This document shows positions 18,002 through 27,804 of a stretch of DNA of 64,000 nucleotides, piece by piece (position 1 is the stretch's first letter; each line of letters opens with the position of its first letter). The translations under genes and the position numbers were made by a program. The notes under the pieces were generated by a model that was not told the DNA's origin, did not search any database, and saw nothing but the letters and a program-made list of their open reading frames with translations. This stretch comes from Polyangiales bacterium (GTDB lineage: Bacteria > Myxococcota_A > Polyangia > Polyangiales > Houyiibacteriaceae), in NCBI GenBank assembly GCA_045106895.1, contig JBGCFM010000001.1:32001-96000 (forward strand). Direction: 5' to 3'.

Positions 18002-18639
18002 CCCTTCGCCTGACGGTATTGGCCTCGGGCCGCGGTTCGAATTTCGTCGCCCTCCATGACGCGATCCAGAGCGGTCGATGCGACGCTCAAATCGTCTCCG
18101 TCGTCACCGACAACAAGTCTGCTCCCGTCATTCAACTGGCCGAAGCGCGGGACATCACGACGCAGATTGTTCCCTTTCGTAAAAAGGACCGCGCCGCGTG
18201 GGAGGCGGAGCTTCTTGACTTCGTGCAGGCCCAGGAAGCCGAGTGGGTTGTTTTGGCCGGATTCATGCGAGTCCTGAGCGCATCCTTCGTCGACGCTTTC
18301 TCCCAGCGGATCCTGAACGTTCACCCTTCCCTGCTTCCCGCGTTTCCCGGAATGCACGCGGTGCAGCAGGCCCTGGACGCGGGTGTACGCCTGAGCGGCT
18401 GCACCGTTCACCTGGTCGACGCGGGCGTCGACACAGGTCCCGTGTTGGCGCAGGCCGCCGTCCCCGTTTGCGAGGGTGACGACGCCGATGCTCTGCACGG
18501 CCGTATTCGCAAACGCGAACACACCCTCCTCGCTTCCACCATCGACGCACTCGCGGCGGGACGGCTGGAGCTGGACCCCGTCCGCTGGAACGCTGCGTCG
18601 TGGCCTGAGAGCATCGAAAGCCCCATGAGTCTGCCATGA
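17998..18639 (+). CDS. purN: Phosphoribosylglycinamide formyltransferase
   Basis: ASGRGSN, LAGFMRVL, LNVHPSLLPAFPG, GCTVHLVDAGVDTGP. Confidence 0.96.
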   Translation: MTLRLTVLASGRGSNFVALHDAIQSGRCDAQIVSVVTDNKSAPVIQLAEARDITTQIVPFRKKDRAAWEAELLDFVQAQEAEWVVLAGFMRVLSASFVDAFSQRILNVHPSLLPAFPGMHAVQQALDAGVRLSGCTVHLVDAGVDTGPVLAQAAVPVCEGDDADALHGRIRKREHTLLASTIDALAAGRLELDPVRWNAASWPESIESPMSLP

Positions 18640-20171
18640 GAAACCGTCACTACGACGTTGTTGTCTTGGGCGCGGACTTGGCGGGCACGCTGTGCGCCGC
18701 CCTCGTCGCCAAGCGCGGCTTTCGCGTTCTCGTTCTTGGTCAAGGAGCGCTTCCGCCAACCTACTCCATCGGTGGCTTCACTTTTCCACGTGCGCCGCAC
18801 ACCTTTCTCTCGGCGCACAGCAGCATTGCCCGACGCATGTTGGCGGAACTCGCCATGGGGCAGCTCTTTCGACGACGGGCCTGCCAGATGGACCCCTCGT
18901 TCCAACTCGCGTTGCCGGAACATCGCGTCGACGCGGTCAACGACCCAGTCTTGCTGGACCGCGAGCTGGCCCGTGAGTTTCCCTCCGTGCGTCGCGCCGG
19001 CGTCGACCTTCACAAGCTCGTCGAACGAGTCGGCTCAGAGCTCGAGGAGGTCCTCGGGCGCAACTTCATTTGGCCCCCTTCCTCATTCTTGGAGCGACGA
19101 GAGTTCGCTCGCGCAACAGCGCACCGCGTGTTCGACCGCGAAGGCGGAGGATTCGATCCCTTCGCGGAGTTCCCTGAGTCACATCCAATTCGCCGACTCG
19201 TGGAAGCTCCGGCGGCCTTCGCCACGCACATGGACCCCGCGGAACTTTCGCCGCTCGCTCGCCTACGACTTTATCAATCCTGGTGGCAGGGGAGCGCAAA
19301 ACTCGAAGGCGGATACAGCTGGCTTCACAACGCGCTCATCGAACGCATTCGCACCCACTCCGGTGATGTGCGTATGGATGAACGCGCCGACTCGATCATC
19401 ACGAAACGAAACGTCGCGACGGGAGTCGTGCTCGCGGACACCGCCGAAGAGATCGGCGCCGGGTTTGTCATTGGCGGCGTGGATATCGCCAAGGTCGCTT
19501 CGATGCTCCCGGACCGCACGATGTTCGCCGAGCTCTTTGAACGTTTCGGAGAGCCCCGGCCTCGGCACCTCCGCTACACGCTCAACATCGTCGCCAAAGA
19601 TGACGCCTTCCCCGTAGGCATGGGCCGAGACAGCTTTTCAATCTTTGATTCTGCCGGCGCGGCACATGGGGAGAACCTCCTCCGCTTGGAAGCCTCTCCT
19701 CCGGACGGCACCGGAGTTCGCCAGCTCTGCGTGGAGGCGCTACTTCCGCGCCGTGGCGTTGAAGAAGTGGACCGTTACCTTGACGGCGTTCGCGAACGAA
19801 TCCTCGGAGCAGTCACCGAGCTGGCACCTTTCTTTGGCGACCAGATCATCGCCGTTGATTCGCCCCACGATGGACGAGACCTGCAGAACTACGCGGAACG
19901 CAAGAGCATCGCGTCCGATGCGCCCTGGACTCGAGGTCCATCCACGATGCAGAGAGTCCATGGATTCCCCGTCATGGGCAGCCTGGGTGTCAACGCCCTC
20001 CCGGTTCGTTCACCGGTCCGAAACCTCCTCCTGTGCAACCGTCAGGTGAGCCCGGGTCTGGGTGAAGAAGGCGAGTTCCTGGCGGCGGGAGCGGCCGCGG
20101 AGATCATCACGCGCTCCAATCTGAAAAAGTCGCTGATGCGGCGCGGGCTCTTCAACCGCGTCGAAGTCTAG
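18636..20171 (+). CDS. Phytoene-desaturase-like FAD/NAD-binding fold protein (dinucleotide motif atypical)
   Basis: N-terminal YDVVVLGADLAG...RGFRVLVL; C-terminal SPVRNLLLC..VSPGLGEEG. Confidence 0.65.
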   Translation: MRNRHYDVVVLGADLAGTLCAALVAKRGFRVLVLGQGALPPTYSIGGFTFPRAPHTFLSAHSSIARRMLAELAMGQLFRRRACQMDPSFQLALPEHRVDAVNDPVLLDRELAREFPSVRRAGVDLHKLVERVGSELEEVLGRNFIWPPSSFLERREFARATAHRVFDREGGGFDPFAEFPESHPIRRLVEAPAAFATHMDPAELSPLARLRLYQSWWQGSAKLEGGYSWLHNALIERIRTHSGDVRMDERADSIITKRNVATGVVLADTAEEIGAGFVIGGVDIAKVASMLPDRTMFAELFERFGEPRPRHLRYTLNIVAKDDAFPVGMGRDSFSIFDSAGAAHGENLLRLEASPPDGTGVRQLCVEALLPRRGVEEVDRYLDGVRERILGAVTELAPFFGDQIIAVDSPHDGRDLQNYAERKSIASDAPWTRGPSTMQRVHGFPVMGSLGVNALPVRSPVRNLLLCNRQVSPGLGEEGEFLAAGAAAEIITRSNLKKSLMRRGLFNRVEV

Positions 20172-20214
20172 ACAAAGCTCAGCGCTTCCGGCGGCCTCTG
20201 GTACACTCACCGCC

Positions 20215-21324
20215 ATGCATCCCGACGAGCGTCCTCGCATCAGCCTGCGCCAGCTGCTCCAAGTCATGATTCAGCGCGGAGCTTCGGATCTCCACATCAC
20301 GACGAACACCCCCCCGCAGCTGCGCATCGATGGCAGCCTCGCGCCACTTCGCACCGACAAGCTGAGCCCCATCGCCACCAAGCAGCTCTGCTACGAGGTG
20401 ATGACCGAGGAGCAGAAGGTGAAGTTCGAGCGCAACAACGAGCTCGACTTCTCATTCGGCATGAAGGGCCTGTCGCGTTTTCGCGCCAACGTCTTCATGC
20501 AACGCGGCGCCGTCGCCGGCGCGTTCCGTGCAATCCCTTTCAACATTCGGAGCCTCGGCGACCTCGGTTTGCCAAGCGTGGTCGGCGAGATCGCGAATCT
20601 TCCTCGCGGCCTCGTCCTCGTCACCGGTCCTACCGGCAGCGGCAAGTCAACGACGCTCGCCGCCATCATCGACAAGATCAACTCTGAGCGGCGAAGTCAC
20701 ATCGTCACCGTCGAAGATCCCATCGAGTACCTCCACGACAACAAGCTCTGCGTTGTGAACCAGCGCGAGATCGGTGCCGACACGGAGTCGTTCAAAGGTG
20801 CGCTGAAGTATGCGCTGCGTCAGGACCCCGACGTCGTTCTCGTCGGCGAGATGCGCGACCTTGAGACCATCGAAGCGGCGATGACCATCTCCGAGACGGG
20901 TCACCTTGTCTTCGCCACCTTGCACACGAACAGCGCAGTCCAGTCCATCAACCGCGTCATCGACGTTTTCCCGCCGCATCAGCAGTCACAGATTCGAGCC
21001 CAGCTCTCCTTCGTTCTCCAGGCCGTCGTCACCCAGATGCTCATGCCTCGCGCCGATGGACCCGGGCGAGTTTTGACGGCGGAGGTGATGATCCCGAACT
21101 ACGCGATCCGAAACTTGATCCGAGAAAACAAGGTCCATCAGATCTACGGCATCATGCAGACGGGTCAGGGTTCCACCGGCATGCAGACCATGAACCAGGC
21201 CCTCATCCACCTAATTTCCGGCGGATACATCACGAAGGAAGAGGCCCTGAACCGGTCTCCAGAGCCCAAAGAGCTGAAGTCGATCATGGAGCAAGGACGG
21301 CGTAGCGGCCCCGGACCACGATGA
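20215..21324 (+). CDS. pilT: Type IV pilus retraction ATPase PilT
   Basis: GPTGSGKSTT, TVEDPIEY, LRQDPDVVLVGEMRD, ETGHLVFATLHT, AIRNLIRE. Confidence 0.95.
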   Translation: MHPDERPRISLRQLLQVMIQRGASDLHITTNTPPQLRIDGSLAPLRTDKLSPIATKQLCYEVMTEEQKVKFERNNELDFSFGMKGLSRFRANVFMQRGAVAGAFRAIPFNIRSLGDLGLPSVVGEIANLPRGLVLVTGPTGSGKSTTLAAIIDKINSERRSHIVTVEDPIEYLHDNKLCVVNQREIGADTESFKGALKYALRQDPDVVLVGEMRDLETIEAAMTISETGHLVFATLHTNSAVQSINRVIDVFPPHQQSQIRAQLSFVLQAVVTQMLMPRADGPGRVLTAEVMIPNYAIRNLIRENKVHQIYGIMQTGQGSTGMQTMNQALIHLISGGYITKEEALNRSPEPKELKSIMEQGRRSGPGPR

Positions 21325-21403
21325 TCCCCGCCGCAAGACCGACCCGTTTGAGGGGCATGATTTCGCCGGCGCTTGACGCAGAGCGCTTCGGCCAGCCATT
21401 CTA

Positions 21404-22450
21404 GTGGTGAGGTTTTCAGTGCTGAGCGGGAAGAATCCAACACATCGATCTGTGCAGGCGGGCATCGTAGCCCTCGTACTGCTGTTGGGCGCTCCTCTGT
21501 GGGGCGACTCCTTCGGAAGTACGGCTTCCGCACAGGACGCTCAACAAAGACAGGGTGCCGCAGACGCTTACGACCGAGGGAGCGCTGCTTTCCTTGCGGA
21601 AGACTACGCCGCCGCAGGCCGTTGGTTTGAGACCGCGAACCGTCTCGCACCAGCCGCGCCCGCACTACTTCAAGCGATTCGTGCGCACCGCCGCGCCGGC
21701 GATGATGTCCGAGCGGGAACGTTGTCGCTCCGTCTCATGGACACCTACGAGGGGAACGCCGCTGCGGAGGCCGAAGAAGTCATCCGAGAGCTCTCACCCT
21801 CGCTCGTCCGAGTCGATATCGTTTGCAGCGAATGTGCTGTGCAAGTCGACGGCTCCCTCGCGCTACACGACTCGTTCTTCGTAACGCCCGACGAAGAACA
21901 CAATGTCGTGCTCGGGTTTAGCACCGGTGATGTTGAACGAACGGTGTCGGGTGAAGCAGGTGAGCGACTTCCAGTCACCGCAAGCGCGCCCATCGCCATG
22001 CCAAACCAACGCATTGATGATGGCGGGACGACGAACGGAAACGGCTCCAATCTCGGAACGGGCGGGACGAACACTCCTCGGCGCGAGGAGAGCGGCGGCA
22101 TTTCACCCGCACTCTTCGTGACGTCCCTCGTGCTCACCGTCGGCGCAGGCGCGACGCTTGTATGGTCGGGCATCGACACGCAGAACGACGCGGAAGTTTA
22201 CGAGCGCGTTGCGGTGCAAGAGCGGGACCTCGTGCGTGCTCGAGAGCTTCTCGCTGCAGGCCAAAAGGAAGAAACCCGAACGAACGTCCTGATCGGTGTG
22301 ACGAGCGGCCTCGCTGTTCTCACAGTCGTGTTCGCAATCATGACGGACTGGGGCGGTGACGAAGAAGATGAGAGCGCGTCGGTGACTCTCCGTCCCACGC
22401 TTGGCGGTGGGGTCGACCACGGCTCCGTTGGTCTGCAAGGGAGCTTCTAG
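21404..22450 (+). CDS. Exported TPR + PEGA-like protein with hydrophobic hairpin and C-terminal beta-strand ending in Phe
   Basis: Signal peptide (..ASA|QD), TPR-like AYDRGSAAF..DYAAAGRWFETA, beta-rich VRVDIVC..VQVDG, two hydrophobic helices, GSVGLQGSF end. Confidence 0.7.
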   Translation: MVRFSVLSGKNPTHRSVQAGIVALVLLLGAPLWGDSFGSTASAQDAQQRQGAADAYDRGSAAFLAEDYAAAGRWFETANRLAPAAPALLQAIRAHRRAGDDVRAGTLSLRLMDTYEGNAAAEAEEVIRELSPSLVRVDIVCSECAVQVDGSLALHDSFFVTPDEEHNVVLGFSTGDVERTVSGEAGERLPVTASAPIAMPNQRIDDGGTTNGNGSNLGTGGTNTPRREESGGISPALFVTSLVLTVGAGATLVWSGIDTQNDAEVYERVAVQERDLVRARELLAAGQKEETRTNVLIGVTSGLAVLTVVFAIMTDWGGDEEDESASVTLRPTLGGGVDHGSVGLQGSF

Positions 22451-24114
22451 TGGTTGCAGCCCGAGAGTTGCCACGGAATCTGGCAGGGCGACAGCTCGGG
22501 CGTTACGAGGTCCTTACTCAACTTGCGTCTGGCGGGATGGCAGCCGTGTACGTCGCGCGAGCGCTCGGCGTCGCTGGGTTCGAGCGCCTCGTGGCCATCA
22601 AGGTGCTGCACCCACACTTGGCCTACGAGGAAGAGTTCGTCTCGATGTTCCTCGACGAGGCGCGCCTCGCAGCTCGTATTCGGCATCCAAACGTCGTCCC
22701 TACCCTCGACATCTCCGACACCGAAGGGGACGGCTTCTTCCTGGTGATGCAGTACATCGAGGGGGACCACTTTGGCTCTCTTCTTGGACACGCCGCTCGC
22801 GGAGGAGAGCGAATCCCCGCTCGAGCGACTGTCCGAATCGTCTTGGACGCTTTGGGAGGTTTGGGCGCCGCCCACGAACTCACGGACGAGTTTGGCGACC
22901 CTTTGAAGCTCGTTCACCGAGACGTGTCTCCGCACAACGTCATGGTGAGCATCGACGGCAGCGCGCACCTCACGGACTTTGGTGTCGCAAAAGCAGAGAA
23001 ACGACTCTCCTCGACCCGCGCCGGGCAGTTCAAAGGAAAGCTCGCCTACATGGCGCCGGAACAAGCCTCTACGGGGTTCGCCGACCAACGAAGCGACTTG
23101 TTCAGCATGGGCATCATCCTGTGGGAGGCGTTGACCGGTCGCCGACTCTTTCGTGCCGAGAACAACGCGGCGACGCTGACGAAGATTCTCCACGAAGCGA
23201 TTCCTCTGCCCTCCGAACTCTGGGACGACCTTCACGCCTACGACGACCTCATGGCAAAGGTCCTTCATCGCGACGCGGACCAGCGCTTTCAGACGGCAGA
23301 CGAGTTCGCCGACGCACTCGAAGACGCCGCCGCTACCCACGAGGGCATCGCAAAGCCACGTGAAATCGGCGAGGTCATGAAACGCTGGCTCGGTGAACGC
23401 ATCGCCGACCAGAACACGCGCCTGCGAGAGTCCATCGACCTTCTGGGTCGCTCAGACTACAGCGAGGCAGCGATCCCAATCCCGATGGAGAGCAGCGCAT
23501 CGAACGTGACGATGTCGGGGCGGCCGCGCCCACCCTCACACAACTCTGCTGTCCTCTCCGTCGATACCCTCGACTCCGTCGAGCTTTCGTCGGCGTCCGA
23601 CGTTGTGCTTGTCGAGCCGGGTAACAAGAACAAGCGCAAAGCGTTGGTCCTTGCCACGCTCATCGCGGCGATTCTACTGGGCGCACTCCTCGCAGTCATC
23701 CTCGCCACTCCAGATCCGCAGCCGCCGATCGTGAGTTCTCCTCTATTGGACATCGAGCCACCAGCCGGTGGGGGCGATCAGGAGGCCCAGCCTCAAGCCG
23801 AGGCGGAACCAAACCCCACGCCAACGGTCGTCGAAAACGTCGACGTCGACGTGGAAGGCGATCCTGAACTGGAAGCGGTCACGGAACCCAGCGATGGGGA
23901 TGAGGCGAGTGTGATGAATCGCCGCCATGAAGATCGAAACCACCGCTCGCACATGCGGCATCGCCAGCGCGAGACCGAGATGGCCCCGGAGGTGATGGCG
24001 GAAACGCCTATGGTAGCCGTTCCAACACCGATGGAAACGGTCACACGCCCCAGCGGAATGGGCGGGGATAGCTCCTCGATGATGAACGATCTCGAGCTAA
24101 ACCCGTACCGCTAG
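22450..24114 (+). CDS. Membrane Hanks-type Ser/Thr protein kinase
   Basis: LASGGMAAVY, VAIK, HRDVSPHN, DFG, GKLAYMAPEQ, DLFSMG; TM ALVLATLIAAILLGALLAVILA; disordered C-tail. Confidence 0.95.
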   Translation: MVAARELPRNLAGRQLGRYEVLTQLASGGMAAVYVARALGVAGFERLVAIKVLHPHLAYEEEFVSMFLDEARLAARIRHPNVVPTLDISDTEGDGFFLVMQYIEGDHFGSLLGHAARGGERIPARATVRIVLDALGGLGAAHELTDEFGDPLKLVHRDVSPHNVMVSIDGSAHLTDFGVAKAEKRLSSTRAGQFKGKLAYMAPEQASTGFADQRSDLFSMGIILWEALTGRRLFRAENNAATLTKILHEAIPLPSELWDDLHAYDDLMAKVLHRDADQRFQTADEFADALEDAAATHEGIAKPREIGEVMKRWLGERIADQNTRLRESIDLLGRSDYSEAAIPIPMESSASNVTMSGRPRPPSHNSAVLSVDTLDSVELSSASDVVLVEPGNKNKRKALVLATLIAAILLGALLAVILATPDPQPPIVSSPLLDIEPPAGGGDQEAQPQAEAEPNPTPTVVENVDVDVEGDPELEAVTEPSDGDEASVMNRRHEDRNHRSHMRHRQRETEMAPEVMAETPMVAVPTPMETVTRPSGMGGDSSSMMNDLELNPYR

Positions 24115-24244
24115 TACGACAAACGTCGTCCGCTTTGATTCGCGAAGATTGAGGGGTTTTTGACCCTGGAATCTCCCTTCCGATAGACTGGCCCAGCTCG
24201 CATTCTGTGGGCGTGGGCGACATGCCCGCTTGGAGGTTTTCTGC

Positions 24245-25459
24245 ATGGCCGAATGGGTCTGGGAAGCGCGTGGGCGCAACGGCGAAGTCAAAAAGGGAAC
24301 GATGGAGGCGGAGAACGCTGAACTCGTTCAGAGCCGACTTCGTGCACAGCAGCTGAACCCCGTCAAAGTTAAGAAGAAGCCACGGGAGTTCCACATCAAC
24401 ATCGGCGCGCCGGTGACTGAGAAGGAGCTCGTGGTCTTCGTTCGCCAGTTCGCGACGATGATCGATGCGGGTCTGCCGCTGGTTCAGTGCCTCGATATCT
24501 TGTCGACGCAGGGCGGGACCAACAAGCAGTTCAACTCTATCCTCAAAGACGTCAAAGGCTTCGTCGAGCAGGGCGGTACTTTTTCAGAGGGCCTAGCGCG
24601 CCATCCGAAGGTGTTCGACTCGCTCTTCGTCAACCTCGTCGCCGCAGGTGAGCTGGGCGGCATTCTCGACACGATTCTGCAGCGCCTCGCCGTCTACATT
24701 GAAAAACGAGTAAAGCTAAAGCGCCAAGTGCGTGGTGCCCTCGTCTATCCAACGGCGGTTCTCCTCATCGCCTTCGCCGTCATCTTCGTCATGATGACCT
24801 GGGTCATTCCCGCCTTCGAAGGCATGTTCGAAGAGTTCGGTGGAGCCGACCAGCTACCCAAGCTCACCAAGGTCATCATCTCGATGAGCAATTGGTTCGT
24901 CGGAAACCTCCACTGGATCATTCTGTTCATCTTCGTGTTCACCACGTCGATCAGCTACAGCTTCCGGACCAAGTCGGGGCGAATATTCTGGCACAAGCTC
25001 TTCCTAAATATGCCGGTCATCGGCCCCGTGATGCGCAAGATTGCCGTCGCACGCTTTACGCGAACGCTAGGCACCCTGCTCTCCTCTGGTGTTCCGATTC
25101 TCGACGCGATGGACATCGTCTCCAAGGCCTCCGGGAATGTCATCGTGGAGAAGGCTATCAACGATACGTCGGACCGAATCCGCGAAGGCCAGACGATGAG
25201 CGAGCCGCTCATGGCGACGGGTGTCTTCCCGCCCATGGTCGTTCAGATGATTGGCGTCGGAGAGCAGACCGGTGCCCTCGACAACATGCTGAACAAGATC
25301 GCCGACTTCTACGAGGATGAAGTCGATGTCGCCGTAGCCGCCCTGACATCTCTCCTCGAACCCCTGATGATGGTGTTTATCGGCGGCATCGTCGGCACAA
25401 TCCTCATCGCGATGTACATGCCTATCTTCGAGATCGCCGGCAAGATCCAGGGCGAATAG
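24245..25459 (+). CDS. pilC: Type IV pilus platform protein PilC (GspF family)
   Basis: FVRQFATMIDAGLPL, AGELGGILD, RFTRTLGTLLSSGVPIL, VGEQTGALD, AMYMPIF; GGAGG SD. Confidence 0.95.
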   Translation: MAEWVWEARGRNGEVKKGTMEAENAELVQSRLRAQQLNPVKVKKKPREFHINIGAPVTEKELVVFVRQFATMIDAGLPLVQCLDILSTQGGTNKQFNSILKDVKGFVEQGGTFSEGLARHPKVFDSLFVNLVAAGELGGILDTILQRLAVYIEKRVKLKRQVRGALVYPTAVLLIAFAVIFVMMTWVIPAFEGMFEEFGGADQLPKLTKVIISMSNWFVGNLHWIILFIFVFTTSISYSFRTKSGRIFWHKLFLNMPVIGPVMRKIAVARFTRTLGTLLSSGVPILDAMDIVSKASGNVIVEKAINDTSDRIREGQTMSEPLMATGVFPPMVVQMIGVGEQTGALDNMLNKIADFYEDEVDVAVAALTSLLEPLMMVFIGGIVGTILIAMYMPIFEIAGKIQGE

Positions 25460-25466
25460 CCCTTCT

Positions 25467-27092
25467 ATGTCCGGTGAGACAACGCCGCCAAAAGCCACGG
25501 CGGAGGGCATTTCCACGGAGTCCGACCCGAGACTGATTCGCCGGCTCCAAGGACTGCTCCTTGTTCGACTTGTCGTCGCAACAGTGCTCCTCGGAGGAAT
25601 GCTCTACGTGACGAGTGACCGGGGGTATTCCGGTTTCACCTCGACGGCGCTTATCGCGCTCATCGCGATGACCTTCGCTGGTTCCGCGCTCTTTGGTGGG
25701 ATGCTCCTCTCCCGTGCCGCCACCACGGCCCTCGTTGGCTCACAACTCGGCTTCGATCTTCTCCTCGCAACGGGGTTCGTCTACCTCTCAGGCGCAGCAT
25801 CGAGCTTCTTCACCAGCCTCTACGGCGTCACGATTCTCGCTGCCGCTGTCGTTTCGTCTCCGCTCGGAACGCGGGTTACCACCGTCGTGGCCGTGGCGCT
25901 CTATCTCGTGGTGGCCTTGGGTATCCCGGTGGGAGTGTTCCCTCCGCCTCCGGATCAGCCCCTGGGCCTTTACGCGCTCCAAGACACCGAGTTGGGTTTT
26001 GTGGTGCTCGCGAATCTCTTCGGACTTGGGCTCGTGGGTATCCTCTCTGAGCGCCTAGCGACGAGACTCGACCTCGCCGGCGCCTCTCTTCGCAAAGCCA
26101 AGGAACTCACCCGAGGCGTCGTCGAGTCCCTCACCTCTGGACTACTCACGATGGACCCGAGTGGCACGATCTCCAGCGCGAACTCTGCCGCCGCACGGCT
26201 CCTTGGGAGCGAACCAGACGTGCTCGTTGGTTTGCCGGTCACCCAGTTTCTTCCGCTCGCGGCGGACCATGGGCGAGGTGAAGGAGAGGCCACGGGCGCG
26301 AAAGGGAACACCTTCCCCGTGGGGTACACGAGCGCGCCGCTTCGTGGTGAGCAAGGCGCACTCGTTCTGTTCACCGACCTCACGGAGATTCGCTCCTTGC
26401 GGGAAGCCGCTTCAAGAGCGGACCGACTTGCGACGTTGGGTCGACTCGCCTCCGGACTGGCCCACGAGATTCGAAACCCCCTCGGTGCAATTTCCGGCTC
26501 GGTGCAAATGGTCCGAGACTCCGTCACCGGGGAGGACAAATCACTCCTCGACATCGTCCTCAGCGAAGTGGACCGGCTCAACGACCTCGTTACGCAGATG
26601 CTCGATGTGGCCCGGCCCCCGGTACTTCGCCGGGCCCCAACACTCATCCATGAATTGTGCGCCGAAGTCGTGTTGATGACACGCGCGGATGAGTCTTTCC
26701 GCAACGTGAAGTTTCGAGCGGAAGGCAGCAGCGCGCCAGTCAACGTCGACTCCGCGCGCTTTCGGCAGCTCATCTGGAACCTCCTCAAGAACGCTGCCCA
26801 AGCCTCACCGCCGGGCGGAGTCGTCTCCCTCGTGACTTCCGAGACCGACGACATGGTGGTCCTAACGGTCAGCGATGAAGGCGATGGCATCGACGAGAGT
26901 CAGCGTGAGCATCTCTTCGATATGTTCTCGAGCGGCCATGACCATGGCATCGGCCTAGGGCTCGCCGTCGTGCGACAAATCGTCGACACCCACGGTGCTG
27001 CCATCCATGTGACGAACAATGAGGATGCGGGCGCTCAGTTCGTCGTGGAGATTCCACTCGAAGACCCAGAGAGCAAGGTTCCCCATGCGTGA
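25467..27092 (+). CDS. pilS: PilS-like membrane sensor histidine kinase (TM-PAS-HisKA-HATPase)
   Basis: Multi-TM N-terminus, PAS (SLTSGLLTMD..ANSAA), LAHEIRNPL, WNLLKNA, DEGDGI, GIGLGL; follows pilC. Confidence 0.8.
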   Translation: MSGETTPPKATAEGISTESDPRLIRRLQGLLLVRLVVATVLLGGMLYVTSDRGYSGFTSTALIALIAMTFAGSALFGGMLLSRAATTALVGSQLGFDLLLATGFVYLSGAASSFFTSLYGVTILAAAVVSSPLGTRVTTVVAVALYLVVALGIPVGVFPPPPDQPLGLYALQDTELGFVVLANLFGLGLVGILSERLATRLDLAGASLRKAKELTRGVVESLTSGLLTMDPSGTISSANSAAARLLGSEPDVLVGLPVTQFLPLAADHGRGEGEATGAKGNTFPVGYTSAPLRGEQGALVLFTDLTEIRSLREAASRADRLATLGRLASGLAHEIRNPLGAISGSVQMVRDSVTGEDKSLLDIVLSEVDRLNDLVTQMLDVARPPVLRRAPTLIHELCAEVVLMTRADESFRNVKFRAEGSSAPVNVDSARFRQLIWNLLKNAAQASPPGGVVSLVTSETDDMVVLTVSDEGDGIDESQREHLFDMFSSGHDHGIGLGLAVVRQIVDTHGAAIHVTNNEDAGAQFVVEIPLEDPESKVPHA

Positions 27093-27732
27093 GCAACGCG
27101 CCCTCCTGCGGCAGGGCTGGCTGATCGCATCGGCTGGAGTCCGTCGCGGTGTCAAACGACGCCCAGAGTCCGGCGCGTGCGCGGTGTTTGCACATGGTTT
27201 CATGGCCGGCGCGGCGGTCATGGACCCGCTCCGGCGCAGCGTGTCCGACAATCTCGGCATCGATACCGTGGCTTTTGACTACGGTCCCCTCGCCTCGTTT
27301 GATCGGACCGCGAAGCGACTCGCCTCCGTCGCGAGGATGGCGAGCGCCGGGCGCCAACTGATTCTCGTTGGCCACTCTCTCGGCGGGCTTCTCGCTCGTC
27401 ACGCGGTGGCCTTCGAGTCGCTTTCGCCGGCGCTGCTCCTCAGCATCGCGACGCCGCATCAGGGAACCGAACGAGCTACCGGGGTGCCCGGGTCCTTGGG
27501 GCGCGCGCTCCGACCGAACAGCGACATTCTCACCAACCTCCCGACCGATTCCCGCGTGCCTCACGTCGCCATCGTCGCTGGCGCCGACACCGTCGTAGTT
27601 CCGCTCGCGAGCGCCGCCGCGAGTGGCGCGCTCGTTCACACCTTGCCTCGCGTCGGACACAACGAGATCCTGTTTCACTCGGAAACGCACGCCATCGTGT
27701 GCGAGTCCATTCGGAAGCAGACAAAGCTCTAG
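27085..27732 (+). CDS. Alpha/beta hydrolase (lipase/esterase-like)
   Basis: HGF, GHSLGG nucleophile elbow, ATPHQGT, D..V, GHNEIL. Confidence 0.85.
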   Translation: MREQRALLRQGWLIASAGVRRGVKRRPESGACAVFAHGFMAGAAVMDPLRRSVSDNLGIDTVAFDYGPLASFDRTAKRLASVARMASAGRQLILVGHSLGGLLARHAVAFESLSPALLLSIATPHQGTERATGVPGSLGRALRPNSDILTNLPTDSRVPHVAIVAGADTVVVPLASAAASGALVHTLPRVGHNEILFHSETHAIVCESIRKQTKL

Positions 27733-27804
27733 TGCGTGACTCGACGATTCCGCGCCATCTCTTCGGTGGCCGCAATGTGGCCGTGCGTCGTTACGAGATG
27801 AGCT

